Assembly (NCBI GenBank): GCA_049510055.1
Contig: JBEKZI010000017.1
Location: 1 to 32,226 of the forward strand
Length of the DNA stretch: 32,226 nt
Direction of reading: 5' to 3'
Source: Phycisphaerae bacterium
GTDB lineage: Bacteria > Planctomycetota > Phycisphaerae > SM23-33
Every line of letters begins with the position of its first letter. Positions within the stretch are counted from its first letter, which is position 1. Both the position numbers and the translations under genes were made by a program. The notes beneath the pieces are model-generated. The model was not told where the DNA came from and made no database searches. It worked only from the letters and a program-made list of their open reading frames with translations. Below are positions 16,664-25,637 of the stretch, one piece after another.

Positions 16664-17096
16664 GGTCCTCTTTGACGGAATTTTCTTGCGCCGCGGCCCC
16701 GTGGACCAGCACCACCGCCGCCGGGCCGTCCGGGGGCGACGTTAAGGCTATATCATTGAGCGTCACCCAGCCGTGGGCTTGGGTTCGCGGGGCCTCCGGG
16801 TTTTGCGGATACACGCCGATTCGCAAAACGGCCGGGTAGCCTGCCAGGCGCAGGAAGTGAAACAGGGTTAGGGACTGTCGCAGGCAGGGGCGACGGCGCA
16901 TGTTGCGAGGGTTTTTCAGACGTTGCGCTACCCGCTCCACGATATCCTGCCAGGCAATGCCCCGGTAGGGGACCACGGAAGTCGGGGGCGTCAGCACGCG
17001 TAACACTCGCTTGAGCGACAAGACCTTGTCCAGCAGGGGAATGAACGTCGCCACCAGCCAGATGTGCGCCCGTAACAACGGCAATCGCAGCGACAT
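16647..17096 (-). CDS. Lasso-peptide B2-type leader peptidase (transglutaminase-core cysteine protease family)
   Basis: 149 aa from the ATG at 17096 (a TTG at 17117 is an alternative start). The region RRRPCLRQSLTLFHFLRLAGYPAVLRIGV ... AHGWVTLND matches the Cys...His...Asp layout of the McjB C-terminal / B2 family. It lies directly downstream of the PqqD gene. Confidence 0.8.
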   Translation of the reverse strand: MSLRLPLLRAHIWLVATFIPLLDKVLSLKRVLRVLTPPTSVVPYRGIAWQDIVERVAQRLKNPRNMRRRPCLRQSLTLFHFLRLAGYPAVLRIGVYPQNPEAPRTQAHGWVTLNDIALTSPPDGPAAVVLVHGAAAQENSVKEDLAQAP

Positions 17097-17103
17097 GGGG
17101 CCG

Positions 17104-17397
17104 CTAGTGTTGCTCAACCAGCAATTTCTCCTGAAGAAGCTTGCCCGCCAAGGCGGTCATGTCCCGGGTAAGCTCCTCTCGCGAGACTTCGTACTGTTCC
17201 CAAAGGGTTTCAATGGCCTCCCCGAGCGTCCGCCGGCCGTCCAGTGCCTGCAGGAAGGCGGCAGTGGTCTCATTGCACGTGTACAGGTACCCGGAGTTGA
17301 GCGAGAACACGACCGTGTCCGATCCGGGGCCCAACGACTGGTAGGTCACGTCGTCGGCCAGCTTCAATCGCAGGTTCAGTAGCGGTATGGCAGTCAT
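17104..17397 (-). CDS. PqqD-family RiPP recognition element protein (lasso B1-like)
   Basis: 97 aa from MTAIPLLNLRLKLADDV, with AGGTGAG upstream. The region VVFSLNSGYLYTCNETTAAFLQALDGRRTLGEAIETLWEQYEVSREELTRDMTALAGKLLQEKLL is a typical PqqD/RRE winged-helix pattern. Confidence 0.85.
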   Translation of the reverse strand: MTAIPLLNLRLKLADDVTYQSLGPGSDTVVFSLNSGYLYTCNETTAAFLQALDGRRTLGEAIETLWEQYEVSREELTRDMTALAGKLLQEKLLVEQH

Positions 17398-17475
17398 AGA
17401 AAGCTCACCTGAAGGTTTTCGTACCGCCGAATTCGACGGCCGCATTGTATAGTCACCGCCGACTTTCCACAACCT

Positions 17476-17518
17476 GCGGCGAACCTACCCTGGCAAGCCG
17501 GAATCGCGATTTCACACC
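17476..17518 (+). repeat. Copy 1 of a 43-nt conserved intergenic element containing the palindrome AATCGCGATT
   Basis: GCGGCGAACCTACCCTGGCAAGCCGGAATCGCGATTTCACACC matches 39 of 43 positions with 25595-25637 in the same orientation. It lies 160 nt upstream of the 17679 start codon, in the divergent region shared with the RiPP operon. Confidence 0.7.
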
Positions 17519-17678
17519 ATGCCCGCCGATTCTGCGTGTCGCAGAAATGCGAAAAATATAGAGGGTCGGTAACACGTTGGTGACAATTGCCCTCTATCAT
17601 GCCGAGAGTAAATGAGCCGAATTGAGATCTTCGGCACGGGCCTAAACCAATGACTTCGGCAAGATAAAGGGACCAATC

Positions 17679-20165
17679 ATGAGACCACGGTTGATAGTGA
17701 TGGCAGTGGCCGCGACCTTGGCTGCAGTGGCATGCCTGGCGCAGGCCGAAAAAGCCTCCGTCCTTCTGGACAAGGGCATCTACACCGAAGAAACGCTTGG
17801 GAACCCCTCCGCGGCCATCGGCATCTACAGCCAGGTGGTCGCCAGCGGCGAGGCCGACCGCCAGTATGCCGCCCAGGCCCAGTATCGCATCGCGATGTGC
17901 CACCTGAAGCTCAAGCACGACAACGAGGCCCGCGAGGCGCTGAAGACATTCCTGAGCAAGTACAGCGATCAGGAAGAGCTGGCGTCCAAGGCCCGGACCG
18001 CGCTGGAGGACCTGCTGGAGTTCGACCCGGCGGCGCTCATGCCTCCCACCATCGTGGCCTACGTCGAGGTGGGCAGCCCCGGCAAACAGCTCGAGACGGT
18101 CCTGAAGATGCTGAAGGGCACGCCTTTGGCCAATCCGCTGGAGATGATGAATCCAACATCCGCGCCGTCGGATGCCTCCGCGCCGTCGGCGACCTCCGCG
18201 CCGGCGACTTCCTACGGCCGCCCCGCCAGTCCCGCCCAGGTCTTCTCGGCGTTGCTGAATCCCAGCATGCTGAAAGAGTTCAAGAAGCTTCGCAGCATGG
18301 CCGTGGGCGTCTCCGAGATCAAAGGCCGCGGCCAGAGCCCCTTCGTGGCCGTCTTGAGGCCCGGCGACAGCGACGCGCTCCGCGGGATCCTCACGGCCGG
18401 CGTGCTTGCCTCCGGCCAGCCCACCGCCCCGATCGAAGGCATGCAGACGGTGCAACTCAGCCCGGAGATGGCCTGCGCGTTCGACGACAGCGTGTTCCTC
18501 TTTGCCTCCCCGGTGTCTCAACTTGCCTGGAGCGTCCATCAGTATAAGTCCGGCGCGCCCGAACCCAGCCTGCTGACCGCCAACGAGTCGTTTTCGCGGC
18601 TGGCCCCTGCCGCCGATCGCAAAAATGACGCGCTGACGGTCTGGGCGAACCCTTCTCGGCTGCTCCAAAACAAAGCGTACATCCCGCCGGAAGCCCTGGA
18701 GAAAATGATGATCGCAAACGCCTTCGCCGACTTCGAAAACATGGAGGGCGCCGTCGTCCGGTTGCGCCTCAAGGAGACCAGCCTCAGCCTGGAGGCCACC
18801 GTCGCCTACCGCGAGGGGCGCAAAGCGTTTGGGTATGACCTGATCCGCACGTGTCCACTGGACCAGGCCGGTTTTGCCGCCGTTCCTCCGCAGGCGGTGG
18901 GCATCGTGGCCCTGGCCCTGTTGGAGCACACCGCCTCAACAGAACCTCCCGTCGCCGACGTTCGGCAGGAGACCGTCCGCCGTATCACCGGGCTGGACCT
19001 GGGGAGAGAGCTGTTCAGTAATATCGAGCAACTCTCGCTGTTCTTGATGCCGTCCAGCGAGGCGGCGACGGCCCATCCGTTGAGCCGTCTGTCTGTGGTG
19101 GCCCCGTCGCTGGGCCTGGCCATTACGTCGCGCAACCCCGCGCAGACCCTGGCCGTGCTGGACAGGATGTTGACGGTCCAAGGCCTGATGTCGGCAGGTT
19201 CCACCAGCGCCCCGGCGGCGGACGAGCAAGGCATGCGGACGTACGTAATCGGCGCCAGCAACCAGAAGCCGATATCCCTGTGCGTGGCGCAGAAAGGCAA
19301 GACCACGGTGCTGGCGTTCCTTCCGGAAGTGGTCCAGACGTCTCTGACGGCCCTGGGCACGGGCAAGAACGTCACGACCGACGGGCCGATGGCACAGGCC
19401 CTCGGCCAGGTCAGCGACAAGAACAAGGTGGTGCTGGTCAACGCCGGCGGACTGTTCCGCTTGTATGACGCCAGCGTCGCGCCGCCCGCGGCAAAACGCG
19501 ACGCGGCGTCGCAGCCGGCGACGGACAGCCAGGCCGTGGCCGATCAGATCGCCTCGGCCCTGGACGACACGGTAATCCGGCTGGAGACCTCCGAACTGCC
19601 GAACACCATGACGGTCCGCGCCGAGCTATTGGGCATTCCGCCGCTGGCGAAGCTGTTTCCTCTGGTCATGCAGTATCAGCAGCAGCGCATGGCCTTCCAG
19701 AAGGCCAGGAAATCGCAAGCACAACCTTCCCAAGAGCGCAACAAGCTCATGAAGCAGGTCGGAACAGATTTCCTCAAGGCCCTCCAGGCAAATGACGAGG
19801 CGGCGATTGGGAAATTGATCGTCCCGCACTCCTCCGTGGAGGCCAAGATCAAGGACCTACTTGCAGTCCCGGGTCTGGCGGCGTTTCGGTTCCAGGATAG
19901 CGGCAGGGCGCTAAATCTCGGTTGGGTCCTGGTGTACGGGCCCGACAAGACGGATTCCTCGGCGCCCGCGATACTGATCCATCTGCTCAAGCAGGCCAAG
20001 TCCCCGCCGCCGTGGCTCGTCTCGGACGTGGAAATCCTTCCGATCCCGGATGCCATACACCAATTGAAGCAGTACGATTCCAGGGCCACCGGCGGCCCGA
20101 TGCCGGCGCCTGCGCCGGCGCCCGCGCCTGCGGGTGATGATGCGGCGCCCGCCGAGAACAACTGA
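17679..20165 (+). CDS. Secreted 828-aa protein of unknown function with a TPR-like N-terminal segment
   Basis: Signal peptide MRPRLIVMAVAATLAAVACLAQA. A YbgF/TPR-like segment follows (YAAQAQYRIAMCHLKLKHDNEAREALKTFLSKY). It has Ser/Ala/Pro linkers and a C-terminal PAPAPAPAPA tail. Codon usage is high in GC3. Confidence 0.8.
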   Translation: MRPRLIVMAVAATLAAVACLAQAEKASVLLDKGIYTEETLGNPSAAIGIYSQVVASGEADRQYAAQAQYRIAMCHLKLKHDNEAREALKTFLSKYSDQEELASKARTALEDLLEFDPAALMPPTIVAYVEVGSPGKQLETVLKMLKGTPLANPLEMMNPTSAPSDASAPSATSAPATSYGRPASPAQVFSALLNPSMLKEFKKLRSMAVGVSEIKGRGQSPFVAVLRPGDSDALRGILTAGVLASGQPTAPIEGMQTVQLSPEMACAFDDSVFLFASPVSQLAWSVHQYKSGAPEPSLLTANESFSRLAPAADRKNDALTVWANPSRLLQNKAYIPPEALEKMMIANAFADFENMEGAVVRLRLKETSLSLEATVAYREGRKAFGYDLIRTCPLDQAGFAAVPPQAVGIVALALLEHTASTEPPVADVRQETVRRITGLDLGRELFSNIEQLSLFLMPSSEAATAHPLSRLSVVAPSLGLAITSRNPAQTLAVLDRMLTVQGLMSAGSTSAPAADEQGMRTYVIGASNQKPISLCVAQKGKTTVLAFLPEVVQTSLTALGTGKNVTTDGPMAQALGQVSDKNKVVLVNAGGLFRLYDASVAPPAAKRDAASQPATDSQAVADQIASALDDTVIRLETSELPNTMTVRAELLGIPPLAKLFPLVMQYQQQRMAFQKARKSQAQPSQERNKLMKQVGTDFLKALQANDEAAIGKLIVPHSSVEAKIKDLLAVPGLAAFRFQDSGRALNLGWVLVYGPDKTDSSAPAILIHLLKQAKSPPPWLVSDVEILPIPDAIHQLKQYDSRATGGPMPAPAPAPAPAGDDAAPAENN

Positions 20166-20175
20166 TGATGAACCG

Positions 20176-22155
20176 ATGAACGCGGTTTCCATTGGCAGGG
20201 GTGAAGGCACAGGCCGCAGCCACGTGTTGCGGCCTGTGCTGGTCGTTTTGCTGGCGACGGTCCTGGTGCCGTCGGCCTGCACGTTGTGGTTCATGTATGC
20301 CGCCGTGCAGGAAGTGTCGCTGGCTTCCCGCCAGCGCCTGGCGGATGCCTACGACGGCGCGGTCCGAGGGGCCGCGGCCAGGCTTCAGGACTATTGCTCA
20401 GCCCGGATCGCCTCGCTGTCGGCCGGCGGCGATCCGTCGCCGACGAAGGCCTTCGACCGGCTGGTCTTGGCCCGCGCCGCCGATGCCGTGATCGTCCGCG
20501 ACGGCGCCGGCCGTCTGCTCTACCCCTCCCCCCAGGTTCCCTCCGGGCAGGCCAGAGCGATGTCGCAAGCGTGGCAGTCGGCGGAAGACTTGGAGCACGC
20601 GCAGGCGGACGGCCTGGCTGCCGCAGCCGCCTATGCCCGGATCGCCGACACCGCCCCCAATGCCGACCTGCGGGCTCAGGCGATGCTGGCCCAGGCGCGA
20701 TGCCTGGCCAAGGCGGGGCAGAAGGATCAGGCTGTCGCCATCCTGCGGGCCCTGGCCGAGAATCCCGACTTGCAAGCCGCCAGGGGCGCCCAAGGGCGGC
20801 TGGTGACGCCCAATGCCGTCCTGTTCGCCCTGCAACTGATCAACCGGCCGGAGGATGAGCAGTTCCGCAAGCTGGCGGCGGGCCTGGTGAAACGGCTCAA
20901 CGATTACGAGGAACCGGCGATGCCGCCCAGCCAGCGGCGGTTCCTCATGGCCGCGCTGTGGGAGATGGACAACTCCCTTCCGCCTTTCGCAACGCTTGCG
21001 GCCGAGAACCTGGCGGCTGAGTATCTCAGTCGCCCGCAGCCGGCGCCACAGCCGTCGCAACTAACGCCGACGTCCCTGCCCGGCGTTTGGCAGGCGGCCG
21101 GGCCCGGCGGCACCGTGACGGGTCTGTTCCGGCAGGACCTTCTGCTGGCGAACATGCACTTGGCCATCCAGGCGGACGCCCCCCGGGGAGTGAGCCTGTT
21201 CATAAGGCCGCCGACCGGCGAACCGACGACGCGGCAGCGGGCCTTCGTGACTTTGCCGGCCGGGGCCGCCTTGCCCGGCTGGACGGTGGAGGTCCTGCTG
21301 ACCGGCGACGATCCCTTCGCCGTGGCGGCCCGGCAGCGCAAGGCCGCCATTCTGTGGACGGCCGCCGTCGGCATCATGATGATCCTGGCGCTGGCGGCGG
21401 TGTTGAGCTACTACCTCAGCCGCCAGGTGCGGCTGACGCGGCTGAAAAACGATCTGATCGCCACCGTGTCGCACGAGCTGAAGACCCCCCTGGCCTCCAT
21501 GCGCCTGCTGATCGACACGCTTCTGGAACGGCGCTATGGCGCCCAGGAGCAGGCCGAGGAATATTTAGCGATGATCGCCAAGGAAAATGAGCGCCTCAGC
21601 CGGCTCATCGATAACTTTTTGAATTTCTCGCGGATGGAGCGCCGCAAGACGGCGTTCGTGTTCGCGGCGCTGCCGGCCGATGAGCTGGTCGCCGCGGTCA
21701 TGCGGGCGGCGCCGGATCGGGTGACCCAGCCGCCGTGCCGTTTTGAATTGGACGTGGCGAAAGACTGCCCCGCCGTCCGCGGCGACCGCGACGCGCTGGT
21801 GACCGTCGTGCTGAACCTGCTGGACAATGCCTACAAATACTCCCACGACCCCCGGCGCATTGCGCTTCGCGTCTTCGGACAGGAAGGCCGCCTGCACCTG
21901 GAGGTCCGCGACAATGGCATCGGCCTGTCGCGCCGTTCAGTCCGTCGGGTGTTCCGACGCTTCTACCAGGTGGACCGCAGCCTTTCGCGCTCGGTGGGTG
22001 GTTGCGGTCTGGGGCTGAGCATTGTTAAATTTATCGTCGATGCCCACGGCGGCACCGTGGACGTCTCCAGCCGGCTCGGCCAAGGGAGCACGTTCACCGT
22101 CACGCTGCCGGGCCTGGAAGACGGCGCGGGACACGCAGGCCATGATGAAAGCTGA
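20176..22155 (+). CDS. Sensor histidine kinase
   Basis: It has an H-box (LIATVSHELKTPLASM), an N-box (VVLNLLDNAYKYS), and G-boxes (VRDNGIGL, GGCGLGLSIVKFIV). Two TM helices flank a periplasmic TPR-like domain of about 330 aa. The start was chosen at MNAVSIG, 11 nt after the upstream stop. Confidence 0.9.
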   Translation: MNAVSIGRGEGTGRSHVLRPVLVVLLATVLVPSACTLWFMYAAVQEVSLASRQRLADAYDGAVRGAAARLQDYCSARIASLSAGGDPSPTKAFDRLVLARAADAVIVRDGAGRLLYPSPQVPSGQARAMSQAWQSAEDLEHAQADGLAAAAAYARIADTAPNADLRAQAMLAQARCLAKAGQKDQAVAILRALAENPDLQAARGAQGRLVTPNAVLFALQLINRPEDEQFRKLAAGLVKRLNDYEEPAMPPSQRRFLMAALWEMDNSLPPFATLAAENLAAEYLSRPQPAPQPSQLTPTSLPGVWQAAGPGGTVTGLFRQDLLLANMHLAIQADAPRGVSLFIRPPTGEPTTRQRAFVTLPAGAALPGWTVEVLLTGDDPFAVAARQRKAAILWTAAVGIMMILALAAVLSYYLSRQVRLTRLKNDLIATVSHELKTPLASMRLLIDTLLERRYGAQEQAEEYLAMIAKENERLSRLIDNFLNFSRMERRKTAFVFAALPADELVAAVMRAAPDRVTQPPCRFELDVAKDCPAVRGDRDALVTVVLNLLDNAYKYSHDPRRIALRVFGQEGRLHLEVRDNGIGLSRRSVRRVFRRFYQVDRSLSRSVGGCGLGLSIVKFIVDAHGGTVDVSSRLGQGSTFTVTLPGLEDGAGHAGHDES

Positions 22156-22843
22156 TCCGACTACCGACGAAACAATCCTCATCGTCGAGGACGAGCCCGC
22201 CATGCTGCGGGGCCTGAAGGACAATTTTCAGTTCGAGGGCTACCGCGTCCTGACGGCCGCCGACGGCGAGAAAGGGCTGGAGCTCGCCTGCGACGCCAAA
22301 CCGGACCTGATCCTCCTGGACATCATGCTGCCCAAGGTGAACGGCTATGAGATATGCCGGCTCCTGCGAAGCGAGGGGCTGGACATGCCGATCATCATGC
22401 TGACGGCCAAGGGGCAGGAGAGCGACATCATCCTGGGGCTGAACCTCGGCGCCGACGATTACGTCACCAAGCCTTTCAGCATCAAGGAGCTGCTGGCCCG
22501 CGTGCGGACGATGCTCCGTCGCCGCCGCCAGAAACAGCAACCGGTGATGCGAGCCGGCGACCTGGAACTGGACCTCGCCAGCCACCGGTTGCGGCGGGGG
22601 GGCAAGGAAGTGCCGCTCACGGCCAAGGAATTCGCCTTGCTTGAGCTGTTCTTCCGCCGGGCGGGCAAGGCCCTGACGCGGGATGAGATCCTGCGGACGG
22701 TGTGGGGCTACAACGTGTTCGTCACCTCCCGCAGCGTGGACCGATTCATCAACACGTTGCGGGCCAAGATCGAGGACGACCCCGCCAAACCCATCTGGAT
22801 CAAGACCGTCCGCCAGATAGGCTATCGCTTCGAACTTCCGTGA
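22142..22843 (+). CDS. OmpR/PhoB-family response regulator
   Basis: MMKADPTTDETILIVEDEPAMLRGL ... DLILLDIMLPKVNG ... PIIMLTAKG is the receiver domain. The C-terminus is a winged helix (LTAKEFALLELF ... IKTVRQIGYRFE). It overlaps the kinase stop by 14 nt. Confidence 0.95.
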   Translation: MMKADPTTDETILIVEDEPAMLRGLKDNFQFEGYRVLTAADGEKGLELACDAKPDLILLDIMLPKVNGYEICRLLRSEGLDMPIIMLTAKGQESDIILGLNLGADDYVTKPFSIKELLARVRTMLRRRRQKQQPVMRAGDLELDLASHRLRRGGKEVPLTAKEFALLELFFRRAGKALTRDEILRTVWGYNVFVTSRSVDRFINTLRAKIEDDPAKPIWIKTVRQIGYRFELP

Positions 22844-23134
22844 CGCCGCCCGTCCGGGGACGACGAGCTTGGCCCGTGGGCCGCTTCGTTATCGCTTGCG
22901 TCAGCCCCGGACGACCTGATATACTCTCGGGTTCCTCATGCGACGACTTTGCACCATCGGCTTAGCCCTGTTCGCCCGGCTCTTTGCGAGCCGGCTTCGA
23001 ACGCTGCGCGCCGTGAACTGGCCTTGGCCGACGGCGTAGTCGCCTGCCGTCACGTTCCTGTCCTGCCGGCCGCGGCTTCAATCGCCTCCCTCCTTGAGAA
23101 AAATCGTCCTCCGCCGAGACGCCCGGAGTATCCA

Positions 23135-24982
23135 GTGCACCGAAAAGACATTCGCAACGTAGCCATCATCGCCCACGTGGACCACGGAAAGACCACGCTG
23201 GTAGACCAGTTGCTTCGCCAGAGCGGCCAGTTCGGCCACGGCGAGCTGACCGGCGAGTGCATCCTCGACTCCAATCCGCTGGAGCGGGAACGCGGAATCA
23301 CCATCCTGTCGAAGAACTGCGCGATCGATTACACCGACCGCCGCGGCCGGCGCTACCACATCAACATCGTCGACACGCCCGGGCACGCGGACTTCTCCGG
23401 CGAGGTCGAGCGGGTGCTGAAGATGGCCGACGGCGTCCTGCTGCTGGTCGACGCCTTCGAAGGCGTCATGCCCCAGACCCGCTACGTCCTGTCCAAGGCC
23501 CTGGCGGCCGGGCTGGCGCCGCTGGTGGTCATCAACAAGATGGACCGTCCCGGCGCGCGCCCCCACGAAGTGCACGAGGAGGTCTTCAGCCTGCTCATCG
23601 ATTTGGGCGCGGAAGACTGCGCCATGGACTTCCCGGTCCTGTACGCCTCGGGCAAGGAAGGCTGGGCCACCGCCGACCTGCACGCGGCCGAGGCCCGCTC
23701 GGTCGGCGACATCCACGAGCTGTTCGACGCGATCATCACCCACGTGCCCGTCCCGGATCTGGACGGCGGGGCGCCGCTCCAGGCGCTGATCACGACCTTC
23801 GACTACAACGATTACGTCGGGCGGATCGGGATCGGACGCGTGTTCGCCGGAACGTTGGAGGCGGGCAAGAACGTGGCCGTCATCGACCGGCGGGGCGGCC
23901 AGACCATCCAGCGGCTCGGCCAACTGTTCCGCTTCCAGGGGCTGGGGCGCGTCGAGGTGGACCGGGTGGACGTGGGCGATCTCTTCGCGGCCGTCGGGCT
24001 GGAGAAGGTCGACATCGGCGACACGCTGGCCGACCCCGACCACCCTGTGGCCCTGCCGACGGTCGCCATCGACGAGCCGACCCTTCGCCTCACGCTCCAC
24101 ATCAACGACTCGCCCTTCGCGGGGCGGGAGGGCAAGTACGTCACGAGCCGCCAACTCCGCGAGCGGCTCCACAAAGAGCTTCAAACCAACGTCGCCCTGA
24201 GCGTCGAGGAACATCGAGACGAGTTCATCGTCTCCGGACGCGGTCTGCTGCACTTGGGCATCCTGCTGGAGAACATGCGCCGCGAAGGGTATGAGCTGGC
24301 CGTCGGCAAGCCGGAGGTGGTCTATCGCACCGACGAGCAGGGCCGGCGGCTCGAACCGATCGAGCGCCTCGTGATCGACGTGCCCACCGACGTCGTCGGG
24401 TCCGTCATGCAGCTCGTCGGCGACCGCCGGGCGGAGATGGTCCACATGCACAGGGCCGCCGTCCGAACCCAACTGGAATTCACCATTCCCGCGCGCGGGC
24501 TGATCGGCTTGCACAGCCGCGTGCTGACCGCGACGGCGGGCGAGGTGGTCATGAATCACCGCTTTGCGTCGTACGAGCCTTATCGCGGCCCGATCGGCGG
24601 CCGCGCCAACGGCGTGATGATCGCCACGGAGTCCGGCGAGGTCACCGCCTACGCGCTGGACCAGCTGGCGGACCGCGGCGTCATGTTCGTCGAGCCCGGC
24701 GAAAAGGTCTACGAAGGGCAGATCATCGGCGAACACGGCAAGGAAAACGACATTCCCGTGAACGTCGTGCGGCGGAAGAACCTCACGAACGTCCGCTCCT
24801 CGACGAAGGACACCACCGTGGTCCTGAAGGCCTCCCGGCAAATCACGCTGGAGGGTGCACTGGAGTACATCGAGCCCGACGAGCGGGTCGAGGTGACCCC
24901 CGAACACGTCCGCCTGCGGAAGGTGCATCTGAAGGAAAACGACCGCCGGCGCGCCGCCCGTCGCACCGTGAAGCAGACGTGA
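23135..24982 (+). CDS. typA: Translational GTPase TypA/BipA
   Basis: A GTG start preceded by GGAG gives (M)[26 protein letters not shown]. It carries DTPGHADF and NKMD G-motifs and has the typical length of about 615 aa. Confidence 0.95.
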   Translation: MHRKDIRNVAIIAHVDHGKTTLVDQLLRQSGQFGHGELTGECILDSNPLERERGITILSKNCAIDYTDRRGRRYHINIVDTPGHADFSGEVERVLKMADGVLLLVDAFEGVMPQTRYVLSKALAAGLAPLVVINKMDRPGARPHEVHEEVFSLLIDLGAEDCAMDFPVLYASGKEGWATADLHAAEARSVGDIHELFDAIITHVPVPDLDGGAPLQALITTFDYNDYVGRIGIGRVFAGTLEAGKNVAVIDRRGGQTIQRLGQLFRFQGLGRVEVDRVDVGDLFAAVGLEKVDIGDTLADPDHPVALPTVAIDEPTLRLTLHINDSPFAGREGKYVTSRQLRERLHKELQTNVALSVEEHRDEFIVSGRGLLHLGILLENMRREGYELAVGKPEVVYRTDEQGRRLEPIERLVIDVPTDVVGSVMQLVGDRRAEMVHMHRAAVRTQLEFTIPARGLIGLHSRVLTATAGEVVMNHRFASYEPYRGPIGGRANGVMIATESGEVTAYALDQLADRGVMFVEPGEKVYEGQIIGEHGKENDIPVNVVRRKNLTNVRSSTKDTTVVLKASRQITLEGALEYIEPDERVEVTPEHVRLRKVHLKENDRRRAARRTVKQT

Positions 24983-25087
24983 TCGCCGGCGGCCCCGCGC
25001 CTCGCTGCGGTCCGGCGGACAGGATATCATACAGTGCCGGGAGTAGAATGCATTGTGCGGTGCGAAGCCATAAGGACGGAGAATGAG

Positions 25088-25243
25088 ATGAAGAAGAAAA
25101 AAGGCAAGACACGTGGGAATCAGCGTGGGGGGCTTTCCAGGCAGCAAGCCGATACCACGCATTCCCGCAAGAGAGGGACATCAGCCTTTTCGGAGATGTC
25201 GCGGTGGCAAAAGATTCGAGGCCGGCATGGGCGTAATCGTTAG
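25088..25243 (+). CDS. Possible 51-aa highly basic peptide (MKKKKGKTRGNQRGGLSRQQ...)
   Basis: GGACGGAGAAT lies upstream of the ATG. However, third-position GC is clearly lower than in neighbouring genes and no motif is recognisable. Confidence 0.2.
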   Translation: MKKKKGKTRGNQRGGLSRQQADTTHSRKRGTSAFSEMSRWQKIRGRHGRNR

Positions 25244-25330
25244 TCGCAGATCGGTGACGCCGAAGCCCGAAGGATTGACGCCGGCCGTACGCCGTTTTGT
25301 GCAGCGATGCTCGAATGAACGGAGAACACC

Positions 25331-25537
25331 ATGAGATCGCCCAGCGTCGGCAGGATCGTGATCGACAGGGTGCCGCACTTCCACAAGGGACGGGTCAAGT
25401 TCCTCGGCAGAATCGTGGACCAGGACGGCCACGAGCTGTTCCACGGGAGAACGTACGACTCCCGACTGGAGGCCCGCAAGTACTGCGAGAACGCTGCCCA
25501 GGCCCAGGGCATTCGCCTTTCACGCGAGAAGAGATGA
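25331..25537 (+). CDS. Small hypothetical protein (68 aa)
   Basis: GGAGAA lies 6 nt upstream of the ATG. Codon usage is strongly GC3-biased like the bona fide genes. No family was recognised. Confidence 0.5.
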   Translation: MRSPSVGRIVIDRVPHFHKGRVKFLGRIVDQDGHELFHGRTYDSRLEARKYCENAAQAQGIRLSREKR

Positions 25538-25594
25538 CGGCTGCATGCCTCTAAGAGTGCCCGCGAAGACGGGCTTCTTGTCCCTCTACCCATC

Positions 25595-25637
25595 GCGGCG
25601 AGCCTCCCTTGGCAAGTCGGAATCGCGATTTCACACC
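25595..25637 (+). repeat. Copy 2 of the 43-nt conserved intergenic element
   Basis: GCGGCGAGCCTCCCTTGGCAAGTCGGAATCGCGATTTCACACC lies 204 nt upstream of the SPFH gene start. See 17476-17518. Confidence 0.7.

Noticed and set aside
9474-17397. Canonical lasso peptide biosynthetic cluster
   Set aside because: No Asn-synthetase-like cyclase ORF lies in any frame of the window. The predicted cores lack Asp/Glu at positions 7-9, and family-1 cores start with Gln or Val. The locus is kept as a lasso-derived but distinct system (see findings).
17490-17510. Sigma-54 promoter in the 43-nt element (TGGCAAGCCGGAATCGC)
   Set aside because: The GG and GC dinucleotides are 2 nt further apart than the strict -24/-12 spacing (TGGCAC-N5-TTGC). 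No enhancer-binding protein gene is nearby.
9067-17700. tmRNA-targeted integrative island with integrase
   Set aside because: No integrase or recombinase ORF is present, and I could see no duplicated copy of the ssrA 3' end at the far boundary. Horizontal origin remains possible but is unsupported by mobile-element hallmarks.
22949-23134. N-terminal 62-aa extension of typA, and similar extensions of argJ (to 2324), argC (to 2830), the AKR gene (to 6954), mtnA (7432), the kinase (20134), the regulator (22022) and the SPFH gene (25545)
   Set aside because: The extensions lack homology-like sequence, overlap neighbouring genes or lack an SD. Internal starts with an SD match canonical family N-termini.
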